Positions 29,028-37,975 of a stretch of 64,000 nucleotides of DNA are shown piece by piece. The DNA is from a virus, in the IMG/VR virus record IMGVR_UViG_3300005529_000029, positions 11,240 through 75,239 of that record; one strand, 5' to 3'. Positions within the stretch are counted from its first letter, which is position 1. Every line of letters starts with the position of its first letter. The translations under genes were made by a program, and so were the position numbers. The notes below the pieces were generated by a model. The model did not search any database. It was not told the origin of the DNA and worked only from the letters and a program-made list of their open reading frames with translations.

Positions 29028-29516
29028 ATGTCAAGCATTCTATTTAACCTAGGCGAATACAAACACTTTGAAGAGAAAAGCGATCTGCTTAAACATCTCT
29101 ACAACAGTTCGCGTCCATATACTCAGCAAGATTTGCCAGCGAGCGTGGGAGAATTTCTTTTTGAGCTTAACGCTGAAGCATATGCAGAAAGATATGCTGA
29201 GAACGCAGAGACCGGAAGTGAAATTGAAGAAGCGCGCGCCAATCTGTCATTTGATCCCTCTGATTATGACTTCGGCAAGGTCACTGACTGGAATAACCTG
29301 CTTCAAATCTATGATCTTCTTAAGCGAATTCGTTATCAATGCGATGAATTCCACGAGGGACATCCCGCAATGGATCGCTATGAGATTCTTCAACTGATGA
29401 TAACTATCCTCTCTCAAGTGCTCATAAATAAGATGAAAGCCGGAAGTGAGTTTAACGACATTCCCGCTAAATACTATACGTTCTCGGCGGCGACTGACAA
29501 AGAAACCCTTTTTTGA
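29028..29516 (+). CDS. Hypothetical protein
   Basis: AAGGAG RBS. Confidence 0.75.
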   Translation: MSSILFNLGEYKHFEEKSDLLKHLYNSSRPYTQQDLPASVGEFLFELNAEAYAERYAENAETGSEIEEARANLSFDPSDYDFGKVTDWNNLLQIYDLLKRIRYQCDEFHEGHPAMDRYEILQLMITILSQVLINKMKAGSEFNDIPAKYYTFSAATDKETLF

Positions 29517-29536
29517 CCTTTTGGGGTATACATATT

Positions 29537-29965
29537 ATGCAAAATACAGCAGAATTGGATAAGAGTCTGACAGACCATCCTGGAACTATTGGTGGTGGCG
29601 CCGTCGTCAAGGTCTGGAATGAACCTGAAGGCAAGTTCTACACGATCCAGCGTGAAGACAGTTCAACTTTCCGGCTTCAGATCTTCCATGATCGGCAAGC
29701 ATTAATCAACCGCCTTTCTGAGCTATTAGCAATCTTCAGAACGAAATTTGGAATACCTAAGAGCTGCGATCCTGGCGTTTATATTCGAGCATTAGGATAC
29801 CGAACTGCCGCAAACGACATTGAACACATCTCTGTGGCTCATCTTCTGCTACGGCTTCCAGAAATCTCTCCTGATGCTGCGGTAATTACCAATGACGATA
29901 TTAACGCCTGGCTTGAACCTCTCGGTCTCTATTTCGAGCCAAGGGAAAGTGAGCAATCCCAATGA
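29537..29965 (+). CDS. Hypothetical protein
   Basis: Open frame within the operon. Confidence 0.7.
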   Translation: MQNTAELDKSLTDHPGTIGGGAVVKVWNEPEGKFYTIQREDSSTFRLQIFHDRQALINRLSELLAIFRTKFGIPKSCDPGVYIRALGYRTAANDIEHISVAHLLLRLPEISPDAAVITNDDINAWLEPLGLYFEPRESEQSQ

Positions 29966-30156
29966 AGCCACTTTATGCAAATACCTGTGGTGATTGCGGG
30001 AACCGAATAATTTCCAAGTCTATCTGGACACTTCCATTGCTCTTAATTTGGCACGATCTCAACGTTCATGGACTTCTATTCACCGATGCCTGGAACCCTC
30101 GCAAGATCATCAGTCGCCACCATAAAACAAGACAACGAGAAAGAGAGGGCAAATAA
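29962..30156 (+). CDS. Hypothetical protein
   Basis: ATGA overlap. Confidence 0.55.
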   Translation: MKPLYANTCGDCGNRIISKSIWTLPLLLIWHDLNVHGLLFTDAWNPRKIISRHHKTRQREREGK

Positions 30157-30158
30157 TC

Positions 30159-30404
30159 ATGACCAAAGAACAAGAGATCGAGCAGGCAAGACGGCAATAT
30201 GACGCTTTAGGGCAATCATGTGATCGATTGCTTCAGGCTCAGATCAAAGCTCAATCAACCGGCAACTGGCCTCTCTTCAAGAAGATCAGGGATGCTCACT
30301 CGCGAGTGGTCCAGCGCCGGCGCTACCTGAAGGTTCTAATAGAAGTTTTACCAGGAATCCAGGGACAAGAGCCAAATCCGCGTTCAAAGTCTTTTTGGCG
30401 TTAA
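30159..30404 (+). CDS. Hypothetical protein
   Basis: GAGGG RBS; last gene before the promoter. Confidence 0.65.
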   Translation: MTKEQEIEQARRQYDALGQSCDRLLQAQIKAQSTGNWPLFKKIRDAHSRVVQRRRYLKVLIEVLPGIQGQEPNPRSKSFWR

Positions 30405-30411
30405 AGCTGAC

Positions 30412-30440
30412 TTGATTTTGTAAACATTTAGTGATATATT
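30412..30440 (+). promoter_or_regulatory. Sigma70-type promoter
   Basis: TTGATT (30412), 17 bp, TATATT (30435), with extended -10 TG. Confidence 0.7.
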
Positions 30441-30445
30441 AAGAC

Positions 30446-31218
30446 AATACCGGACATTTAAGCTCTAGAGCCGGTATTCAGCCTCAAGTTCGATTTCGGC
30501 GGAGTTCCAATGACAGGCAATCAGCAAATACACACACAGAGATTGTCCTCTGATTACCTGCTGGGACTCCGCTCTGAGTTTCCCCTGGCGGGAAGGTCTA
30601 TCCGAATCCATAAGCAAAGGAAAGGAGAGTGCGCATACAACCAGGTGGGCGCTATAGACTTCACCGATGTCCTGGGCATTTACGCGGAAAACTGCCGTAG
30701 TGGTTTCCCTGAGTCCAGATCGACATCTGCCGAGATGCGTCCTGAAATGGTTTCTGGAGCTGTGATGCTTGAAAACGTAGAGCATCGCCAAGGGTTCACA
30801 GGCATGAGGTCGGTTGCTCGACCGGTTTGTGAGAATCGTAAATCCCCGCGCTCCATGGCCAAATTTAATCCCATAAGACTTTGGGATCGCACAACACTCT
30901 TTGACAAAGTGCCGGAGCTGGAATCCAGAGAAGTACACGCTGAAGTCTTGTAAAAGACGAGTCAGCCTGGAAACACAGTGAAATCGGCCACGTCTCAGGA
31001 ACAGAGCTCTTAAACTCACCTGAGGCCCATTTCGCCGTCATCGCGAACGGACACCGGAGAAAATAGTATCCGGGCCAAGCCGGTCTAACCACGGTAGCGA
31101 TGAGTCGGGCGACGTATGCGATTTTTTCGTTGACCATGTGATTACGACAAAGCAAGTAGTCGACAGTTTGGCTTTATATGGGAGATCGGACTATCGAAGC
31201 GGTCTCCCATCTTTTTTT
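30446..31218 (+). ncRNA. Putative large structured non-coding RNA (about 770 nt)
   Basis: Bounded by a promoter and a terminator; more than 12 hand-verified helices including nested and long-range pairs; no convincing CDS. Confidence 0.7.
31178..31218 (+). terminator. Intrinsic terminator
   Basis: ATGGGAGATCG / CGGTCTCCCAT stem followed by T7. Confidence 0.8.
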
Positions 31219-31284
31219 AATTTGCTTATGGATTTCGATAGACCGCACAAATCAAATTTCAATGGAGTCAGGAGACAGACCACC

Positions 31285-31491
31285 ATGCAAAGAACCGGCA
31301 AGTATATATGTTATTTCCTACAGAGTGATACGAACAAAGAATTTGACTCGCTGCAGTTAGCATTAGAGGCTGCGAGAAAATACGTGGGGAATGCTGCCTA
31401 TACTAAACCATTCCCACACGAAGAAACATATTTGTTCGGTCCTGGCGATGGTACAACTAGCGTCACAGTCCGGGAAAAAATCATATTCTAA
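31285..31491 (+). CDS. Hypothetical protein
   Basis: Likely start ATG 31285 after AGGAG; the upstream part of ORF 31138 runs through the terminator. Confidence 0.65.
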   Translation: MQRTGKYICYFLQSDTNKEFDSLQLALEAARKYVGNAAYTKPFPHEETYLFGPGDGTTSVTVREKIIF

Positions 31492-31505
31492 AATTAGAAG
31501 CACAT

Positions 31506-31928
31506 ATGTCCCAAACTATAGAGATTCTTGAAAAGCAGATCGAGGAGCTGAGGTTTCAGCTTCAACAAACGAAGGATCGTGAAGCGAGTCTCCTCAGATG
31601 GATTAAAGAGATTCGTGATTGGGTAGAGGAACAAGAGGCTTGTATCCAATGCGATGACTTTTTATATTGTGAAAAGCATGCATTCAATGGTTACAAGATC
31701 GATGTGATGGGTGCTTATGAGTCCTACCTGATGCTGCTCCAGAAGTTCAAGAAAGTATCATACAAAGCAAATCAGGCAATAGAGTTCCTAACCTGGCTCG
31801 ATGAGTTCATATCAAGCGAGACCGCTACAGTTCAGGCAATCTCCACCGTCGAACTAATTCGGGAGCGAGTAACACTGATCAAAGAACAGATGGAGTTTAA
31901 TGATGACACTTCAGCAAATAAAGGCTAG
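31506..31928 (+). CDS. Hypothetical protein
   Basis: 140 aa; coiled coil plus CxxC. Confidence 0.7.
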   Translation: MSQTIEILEKQIEELRFQLQQTKDREASLLRWIKEIRDWVEEQEACIQCDDFLYCEKHAFNGYKIDVMGAYESYLMLLQKFKKVSYKANQAIEFLTWLDEFISSETATVQAISTVELIRERVTLIKEQMEFNDDTSANKG

Positions 31929-32178
31929 AGAGCAGGTCGCTCACTTCTCTTTTGCCGACGTTAATAAGTGCTTTATCGCAATGGGATTTCATCACGTCAC
32001 AAGTATCTATGGTGGCATTCAGAGTGAAGCTGGGATCCATATCTATGCGAAGAATCGTTCCAGAATCCTGGCGATCAGGAATGGCAGCGACGGAATATGG
32101 TCATTCTATCACGAATCAGGCAAGGCATTTCTTGATCGAATGATCGGCGTTAAGAGTGAACTGGAGAAACTCACATGA
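31900..32178 (+). CDS. Hypothetical protein
   Basis: GGAG RBS; overlap chain. Confidence 0.65.
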   Translation: MMTLQQIKAREQVAHFSFADVNKCFIAMGFHHVTSIYGGIQSEAGIHIYAKNRSRILAIRNGSDGIWSFYHESGKAFLDRMIGVKSELEKLT

Positions 32179-32396
32179 CAAAAGAGCAACTCGAGAAGTT
32201 TATTAAGATTCGCAACGAATCACCTTTCAATTCCAATATGCAATTTCAAATTGATGCTAATGCGGCCGGTTTCGATAACAAGGAATTAGGCGAAGCTCAG
32301 AAGATCGACTTCAATGATGGTTATGGATGGCAATGGATAACGCCCCATGGCCGCTTGATCGAGTCACCTGCAGGCCGGCTTACCCTCTTGAATTAG
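32175..32396 (+). CDS. Hypothetical protein
   Basis: ATGA overlap. Confidence 0.7.
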   Translation: MTKEQLEKFIKIRNESPFNSNMQFQIDANAAGFDNKELGEAQKIDFNDGYGWQWITPHGRLIESPAGRLTLLN

Positions 32397-32405
32397 GAGA
32401 CTGAT

Positions 32406-32747
32406 ATGAAAGACCTTGATGATTACCTGGCCCTGCAGAACAAAATCTTCAAATACTTTGGCTATCAAGAAGACTGGCGAGTTATTCCAATCGATGATCG
32501 ACGCCAGATGTATTGGTCAATCAACGGTCCTTTAGATTCTTCACAGACGGAGATTATATACCACCAGGACCGCGACACGGTAATCGCGCAGGATGGCAAT
32601 CACTATTGTGACACGCTTTACACTCAGCGCTTCTTACCAAAATGGGTCTATGAAGGTCCAGATTTTACCATGGTTGCAGTCAACACTCACGTAGATGGCA
32701 ATCAATTCCTTGCAATCTTTGATAACGCGAAACGAGTTCAGCTATAG
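32406..32747 (+). CDS. Hypothetical phage protein
   Basis: YFGYQEDWRVIPIDD...YTQRFLPKWVY; AGGAG RBS. Confidence 0.8.
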   Translation: MKDLDDYLALQNKIFKYFGYQEDWRVIPIDDRRQMYWSINGPLDSSQTEIIYHQDRDTVIAQDGNHYCDTLYTQRFLPKWVYEGPDFTMVAVNTHVDGNQFLAIFDNAKRVQL

Positions 32748-32761
32748 ATGGAGGCTACACA

Positions 32762-33487
32762 ATGAATTCTCTTCTTAACCCGCACGAAACCGAAACTGAT
32801 CCTACTCTTCTCGATGATTACGTTGCCAAGATGATGAAGCTCTCAGAGAAGATTCATTGTCTGGCCTGTGGCGAGAGCATCTGCGATGAATGCTTTAAGA
32901 AGATGATGGATCGCATTGCTGAGGGTGAAAAACCCATCCGGACAGCAACGAAAAAGACCCAGCGATCGAGACTGGAAACGTCTCTCGATAATCCAGAGCG
33001 TCTAAAGATTTACCTTGAAGGATTTCCTACAACCGCTCGATTCCCGCGGAAAAACCAATCGCTTAATCCAATCGCGCAGTTCCTCTCCGATAAGCTGAGC
33101 GAAAGAGTTTGCGTCGATCAGGCAGAAGCCTGGATTGATGGCGCAGATGAACTCATCGAATTACCCAATTGGGCTAAATGGCTCATGATCTCAATTCAAA
33201 AAGAGGATGGTTATATCAGCGTCGGCACAGCGGCCAAACTGGTCGGATCGTGGGTATCAGAGGAACTTCGGGAAAGAGCGCGCGACGTCGTGAACGAGCT
33301 GAACACGAAGATCCAAAACATCGCTAATAGCCTGTGCTATATGCTTGGAAATGACGATTTCTCTCAGGCATCATCACTTAATGAGCTTCCGAACCTGGCT
33401 CACAAACTCAAACAGCATCTGATTATCCTGAAGGATTATGAGTCTCAGCTCTCGCTGATTAGCGGTATTCACCAGTCTTCGAATTGA
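32762..33487 (+). CDS. Hypothetical protein
   Basis: 241 aa, GGAGG RBS. Confidence 0.75.
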   Translation: MNSLLNPHETETDPTLLDDYVAKMMKLSEKIHCLACGESICDECFKKMMDRIAEGEKPIRTATKKTQRSRLETSLDNPERLKIYLEGFPTTARFPRKNQSLNPIAQFLSDKLSERVCVDQAEAWIDGADELIELPNWAKWLMISIQKEDGYISVGTAAKLVGSWVSEELRERARDVVNELNTKIQNIANSLCYMLGNDDFSQASSLNELPNLAHKLKQHLIILKDYESQLSLISGIHQSSN

Positions 33488-33497
33488 TCTCGAAAAC

Positions 33498-33558
33498 GTC
33501 ACGTCGACCGATGCAGTTATTCTCTACGCCAACAGCGCGGTACGACGTGACTTTTTTT
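33498..33558 (+). terminator. Intrinsic terminator with a large loop
   Basis: GTCACGTCG-ACCG / CGGT-A-CGACGTGAC followed by T7. Confidence 0.7.
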
Positions 33559-33624
33559 GCTGGTTTTCCGTAAACATATCAACACACAAAATCTATTACT
33601 CCTCACAGAAAGAATAGGTCGCAA

Positions 33625-33834
33625 ATGGCAAATAAAGAACCTGATGCAAGTCTCTATGAAACCGAAGCGATGATTGCGTCCCTGAAACAGTTTCGTCAAT
33701 TAACACCTAATCGCGAGCTGCAACGCTCATTGGATAGAACTGTTGCTATCGCAATCGACGCGCACCGTGATCTTAAACGCAAATGTTTGAGAGTTACCAA
33801 GCGAACGATTAATCCGGAACTTATAGCCTCGTAA
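33625..33834 (+). CDS. Hypothetical protein
   Basis: 69-aa ORF. Confidence 0.6.
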   Translation: MANKEPDASLYETEAMIASLKQFRQLTPNRELQRSLDRTVAIAIDAHRDLKRKCLRVTKRTINPELIAS

Positions 33835-33849
33835 TTAAGGAGCATTCAA

Positions 33850-34728
33850 ATGAAACCTACAAAAACAAAGACTGCGCGAGCAACTAAAATAGCAAAGACG
33901 ACAAAAAGAGCCTCAAAGCCTTCAGCGAAATCGAAAGCAGTGATACCTGCGGCCAAAACTCAGCCGATTACCCATGAAGAGATTTTAGGAACTTCAGTGA
34001 CTACTGAGCAGGTCCAGGAGAAGGTTCTCGTATTACGCTCCTGCAAGGCTGATATGACCAGTTATGATGGCTTTAAGTGGCCAGAATCTGGTTTCGTAGA
34101 AGCGCCTGACTGGAAACCCACAAAGCAATGTGGAAATGGGCTTCATGGGTGGCAATGGGCTGTTGGTGATTTCCGGCTTGGATTCCATGACAGAGATACA
34201 AAGTGGCTAGTTATTGAGGTCGACAAGTCACAGATCGTTGAGCTTGACGGTAAGGTCAAATTCAAGAATGGCAATGTTATTAAGGTTGGAAACTGGCATG
34301 ATTGTTTTTGGTATGTGAGAACCCACACACCGAAGCCGGTTTTGGAGAAACCGGCGCCTGGTGACTACGCGCACTCTTCGACAACCGGTGACTACGCGCA
34401 CTCTTCGACAACCGGTTACTACGCGCACTCTTCGACAACCGGTAACTACGCGCACTCTTCGACAACCGGTTACTACGCGCACTCTTCGACAACCGGTGAC
34501 TACGCGCACTCTTCGACAACCGGTAACTACGCGACCGCTTGTGCCCTTGGCACAAACTGCCGCGCAAAAGCAGGAGATAAAGGTTCGATCATCCTCACCT
34601 ATTGGGATGATAAGGCGAATCGTTTTCGGCATGTCATTGGATACGTTGGCGAAGATGGAATCGAAGCTAATACTTGGTACGAAATCCAAGATGGAAAACT
34701 TGGTAAATGTTCGCGCCAGGATTATTAA
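33850..34728 (+). CDS. Phage protein with 9-aa G(D/Y/N)YAHSSTT repeats
   Basis: CGNGLHGW and YVGEDGIEANTWY motifs flank the repeats. Confidence 0.8.
   Translation: MKPTKTKTARATKIAKTTKRASKPSAKSKAVIPAAKTQPITHEEILGTSVTTEQVQEKVLVLRSCKADMTSYDGFKWPESGFVEAPDWKPTKQCGNGLHGWQWAVGDFRLGFHDRDTKWLVIEVDKSQIVELDGKVKFKNGNVIKVGNWHDCFWYVRTHTPKPVLEKPAPGDYAHSSTTGDYAHSSTTGYYAHSSTTGNYAHSSTTGYYAHSSTTGDYAHSSTTGNYATACALGTNCRAKAGDKGSIILTYWDDKANRFRHVIGYVGEDGIEANTWYEIQDGKLGKCSRQDY
34360..34533 (+). repeat. 27-bp coding tandem repeat, 6.4 copies
   Basis: GGT(G/T/A)ACTACGCGCACTCTTCGACAACC. Confidence 0.95.
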
Positions 34729-34743
34729 TCTCATTGCATTCCA

Positions 34744-35418
34744 ATGGACTGCCCTTTCTGCGGAGATGAGATTCTTACCGAAATAGAGATTGGCCCAGAT
34801 CGAGAGTTTTATGCTCAGTTTTGTTGCTCTGAAGCCGAGAGCATCATGCATGAGATGGATCGTAAGACCTGGGCCAATATTCTTCGAGAATGTGCTGGCA
34901 TCAAAATCCGTCAACCCTTTGATGCAGGTCTCACCTGGCAATTAGATTTCGGCCTCGAAATCGTCACAGTCGAACAAAGAGACGCAAAAGACTTTATTCG
35001 GAAATGGCATAGGCATAATCCTCCTCCGGCTGGCTGGAAATTCGGTTTTGGAATAGCCAATGGCGCCGATCTTATTGGAGTTTGCTGGGTAGGTCGTCCA
35101 GTCGCTCGAATGCTGGACCATAAGACAATCATCGAAGTTAATAGATTATGTGTTCGAGATGATCTGCCAAAAGCTCTCACTTGGAATGCCTGTTCTCAGA
35201 TGTATGGCGAGGCCGCGAGAAACGCCCAAGCAATGGGCTATCAGAAGATAATCACATATACACTGATTACTGAGGAAGGTACGGCATTAAAAGCTGCTGG
35301 CTGGCAGAAAGAGTTGGTTTCGAGTGGTGGCACTTGGGATCGGCCAAGTAGGTATAGAAAGCAGAAGTCACCGACAGTTCCTAAGATTCGCTGGGCAAAA
35401 TATCTCGTTTCAGTTTAA
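34744..35418 (+). CDS. XF1762-like protein (Mom-like fold, putative DNA modification)
   Basis: FIRKWHRHNPPPAG, VGRPVARMLD, EVNRLC, ITYTLITEEGTALKAAGW motifs. Confidence 0.75.
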   Translation: MDCPFCGDEILTEIEIGPDREFYAQFCCSEAESIMHEMDRKTWANILRECAGIKIRQPFDAGLTWQLDFGLEIVTVEQRDAKDFIRKWHRHNPPPAGWKFGFGIANGADLIGVCWVGRPVARMLDHKTIIEVNRLCVRDDLPKALTWNACSQMYGEAARNAQAMGYQKIITYTLITEEGTALKAAGWQKELVSSGGTWDRPSRYRKQKSPTVPKIRWAKYLVSV

Positions 35419-35553
35419 TTATTTGGCCGAAGAAACAGCGTTTCATCAATAAAACAGCTTGACCAATTTATAAAAATATCGCACTATCTGAGTCAGGTCC
35501 ACAATATAAATAAGAATCCACAGCCGCAACTGGATTCTCTTGGAGTCACCGAA

Positions 35554-35748
35554 ATGTCGATGTTGCTTGTGTATGTCGTGCTCACCATCATAAGTTTCTG
35601 GCTTTGGTCACAGATTTATAGCTTCTCGCCCATTCTCTTCATGATGGGTTATTACTGGTATTGGAAGGCATTCATCCTTGGTCTATTTGGCCTTATTCCT
35701 GATGATAAGGATTTTCGGGTTTATCTTGAGACCCAATCGCAATTATAA
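35554..35748 (+). CDS. Small hydrophobic membrane protein
   Basis: 64 aa, two hydrophobic stretches, GGAG RBS. Confidence 0.55.
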   Translation: MSMLLVYVVLTIISFWLWSQIYSFSPILFMMGYYWYWKAFILGLFGLIPDDKDFRVYLETQSQL

Positions 35749-35866
35749 CTGAACGCGCCTTCATCAATTTAAATCTGCCGCAACAGATTCCCTTCTAAGT
35801 GAGAGAGCCAGGTAATCCTATTCTGGCTTAGGTAAATCAAAGACCAATCAAAAGGAGCTAACTGAG

Positions 35867-36103
35867 ATGGCCGACAATTCGGCTGGAGAATCTCAGCGCG
35901 TCAAAGTGTGTTCGTTTTGTGGCGCTCAGATTCCTCTCATACCAAAGTCGCATCCGGATGACATGTTCAAGATTATCTGGACATTCAAACATTCTTGCCC
36001 GCGAAGAGACGCCTTGATCGAAGAACTCTATCGTGACAGGCCCACCTTACGAGGGGTTAAAGAGAAAGGAGATGCTAGTGAGCAAAGAGAAACATACACC
36101 TGA
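35867..36103 (+). CDS. Hypothetical protein
   Basis: AAGGAG RBS; CSFC. Confidence 0.65.
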   Translation: MADNSAGESQRVKVCSFCGAQIPLIPKSHPDDMFKIIWTFKHSCPRRDALIEELYRDRPTLRGVKEKGDASEQRETYT

Positions 36104-36434
36104 GCCATGGAGCGTAGAAGATCCGCGTCTTGAATATCCACAGAATTATAAACTCTGGATACGTAGCGAGTCACAGCCCAATTTCATTGGCGAAGTTGAC
36201 CTAAGCGATTACTCCAATGAAGAAATAGCAATGGCAAATGCTAATCGAATAGTTGCTTGCATTAATGCATGCAAGGACATTCCGACCGAAAATCTCGAAG
36301 CAGGAGTCATTGATGAACTTCGCGGTGCAGCTCAGAAGGTCATCGACAATTGGGAGCGTGGCGATTTATCAGCAGCAGTTCGCGCGCTTAATATTACCCT
36401 CGGTAAACTCTCAACTCCAATCTCTGAGCTCTAG
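36072..36434 (+). CDS. Hypothetical phage protein
   Basis: KHTPEPW...ANANRIVACINAC motif; AAGGAG RBS. Confidence 0.75.
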   Translation: MLVSKEKHTPEPWSVEDPRLEYPQNYKLWIRSESQPNFIGEVDLSDYSNEEIAMANANRIVACINACKDIPTENLEAGVIDELRGAAQKVIDNWERGDLSAAVRALNITLGKLSTPISEL

Positions 36435-36481
36435 CCTCATCAATTAAAGGATCTATATTCATATCCAGAAAGGCATAACCA

Positions 36482-37630
36482 ATGATAAAGAATAATCCAG
36501 ATGCTCCGATGGAGTTCACATTAAAGAAAGAAGACTTCCTGCGAGAGTTAACGCTGATCCAGGGCGTCATTGAAAAGAAGAGCACGATCCCAATCCTCTC
36601 GTATATTGCGATCGCTGCAAACGAGATAGGTGAGGATGGCAAAATCACTTTGATTGGCACAGATATGGATTTAAGTCTGACATCGACATGTCCGGCGAAT
36701 ATCAAGAATGCCGGCGTCGTTACAGTATCTGCAAAGCGGCTATTTGAGATCGTCAGGAATCTGCCAGATGAGCCGATCCATATCAAATGGATCGCTAATG
36801 ATGGTATCGTCCTAACCTGCGCCAAATTCGTCTCCAAAGTCCTCGGCGCCGATCCAAATACTTTCCCGGCGATCGAGACAACTGAGCAGCCAGGTATCGA
36901 AGCGAATAGCAAGATTCTTGCCGATCTGATCGCCAGAACCTCATTTGCAATCACCACGGATGAATCTCGATATGCTCTTAATGGCGCTCTAATACTTCGA
37001 GAAGGAAAAAACCTCGTAATGGTAGCGACTGATGCGCACCGGCTTTCAGTAGCTCAATCTCAAGCTGAAGAACCATTAAAGGCTGGCCAGAAGTTACGGG
37101 CCTTGATTCCAAAGAAGACACTTTCAATGCTCTCAAAGTTATTGATAGGCATCGATGAGACAATCACCTTCATTGAAGATGGCAATCACTTCTTCTTCAA
37201 TATTGGAGAGCGAGTTCTAGTATCGAGATTACTTTCTGGCCAGTTCCCGAATTACGAGCTGGTTCTCCCGAAAGATAACAACAAGAAGTTGGTTGTAGAC
37301 GCCTCTAATCTTGGGAAAGCAGTTCGAAGGGTCTCTCTTATGGCAGATGAGCGTAGTCATGCGGTCAAGTTGTCAGTATCCGATAAACAGATCCAACTTG
37401 AGACTAGATCGAGCGAGACCGGCGAAGCAACTGAGATTCTTTCTGCAGAGTACGAAGGACCAGCTCTTACACTCGCATTCAATGCTCAATACGTGACTGA
37501 GTTGCTCAGTGTTATCAGTGCCGAGAAACTGGAATTCGCCCTGAAGGATGAACAGAGCCAAATCCAGATTCGTCCTATTGGCGAAGCAAAGATCGATCAC
37601 AAATACATCGTGATGCCAATGAGGTTATGA
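36482..37630 (+). CDS. dnaN: DNA polymerase III beta sliding clamp
   Basis: KKSTIPILS, GTDMD, DESRYALNG, VATDAHRL, GQFPNY, C-terminal IVMPMRL. Confidence 0.97.
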   Translation: MIKNNPDAPMEFTLKKEDFLRELTLIQGVIEKKSTIPILSYIAIAANEIGEDGKITLIGTDMDLSLTSTCPANIKNAGVVTVSAKRLFEIVRNLPDEPIHIKWIANDGIVLTCAKFVSKVLGADPNTFPAIETTEQPGIEANSKILADLIARTSFAITTDESRYALNGALILREGKNLVMVATDAHRLSVAQSQAEEPLKAGQKLRALIPKKTLSMLSKLLIGIDETITFIEDGNHFFFNIGERVLVSRLLSGQFPNYELVLPKDNNKKLVVDASNLGKAVRRVSLMADERSHAVKLSVSDKQIQLETRSSETGEATEILSAEYEGPALTLAFNAQYVTELLSVISAEKLEFALKDEQSQIQIRPIGEAKIDHKYIVMPMRL

Positions 37631-37633
37631 TTT

Positions 37634-37963
37634 ATGAGCTATTACGATTACGAACAGTCAAAGAAAATATCAAGCGATGATCCCCAATTTGCGGCATTAA
37701 TAATGGCTGCAATTCGTAAAGCCGATTCTAACAACGCTGAGAAGCTCGCAATGGCATTTCCCTTTATCTATGCTGAATTCCAAGCGAGATACCACGTTGC
37801 TGGTGGCATCCTTCCAGGCGAAAAAGTCACACCACCTGACGAAGATACTTGTGAGTTATCTTCTCCAATTAACCAAGCATCAGTTGAGCTAATCAACTCA
37901 ATCGTGCGGACAAAAATATCCAAGGAAGCAATCCTAAGAGACTTTGATGATGAGGAAACCTAA
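37634..37963 (+). CDS. Hypothetical phage protein
   Basis: ALIMAAIRKADSNNAEKLAMAFP motif. Confidence 0.75.
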   Translation: MSYYDYEQSKKISSDDPQFAALIMAAIRKADSNNAEKLAMAFPFIYAEFQARYHVAGGILPGEKVTPPDEDTCELSSPINQASVELINSIVRTKISKEAILRDFDDEET

Positions 37964-37975
37964 AGGAGCGATCTT

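Noticed and set aside
30465-31155. ORFs 30510-30953 (+), 30465-31019 (-), 30680-30907 (-) and 30865-31155 (-) as proteins
   Set aside because: No recognisable motifs, mutually overlapping, Arg/Ser-rich. The plus-strand ORF's SD-like GGAG is inside a stem. The region is better explained as structured RNA, though coding is not excluded.
34360-34533. Second CRISPR array or DGR variable repeat
   Set aside because: Units are contiguous with no spacers, are in frame within a CDS, and no reverse transcriptase or template repeat is in the window.
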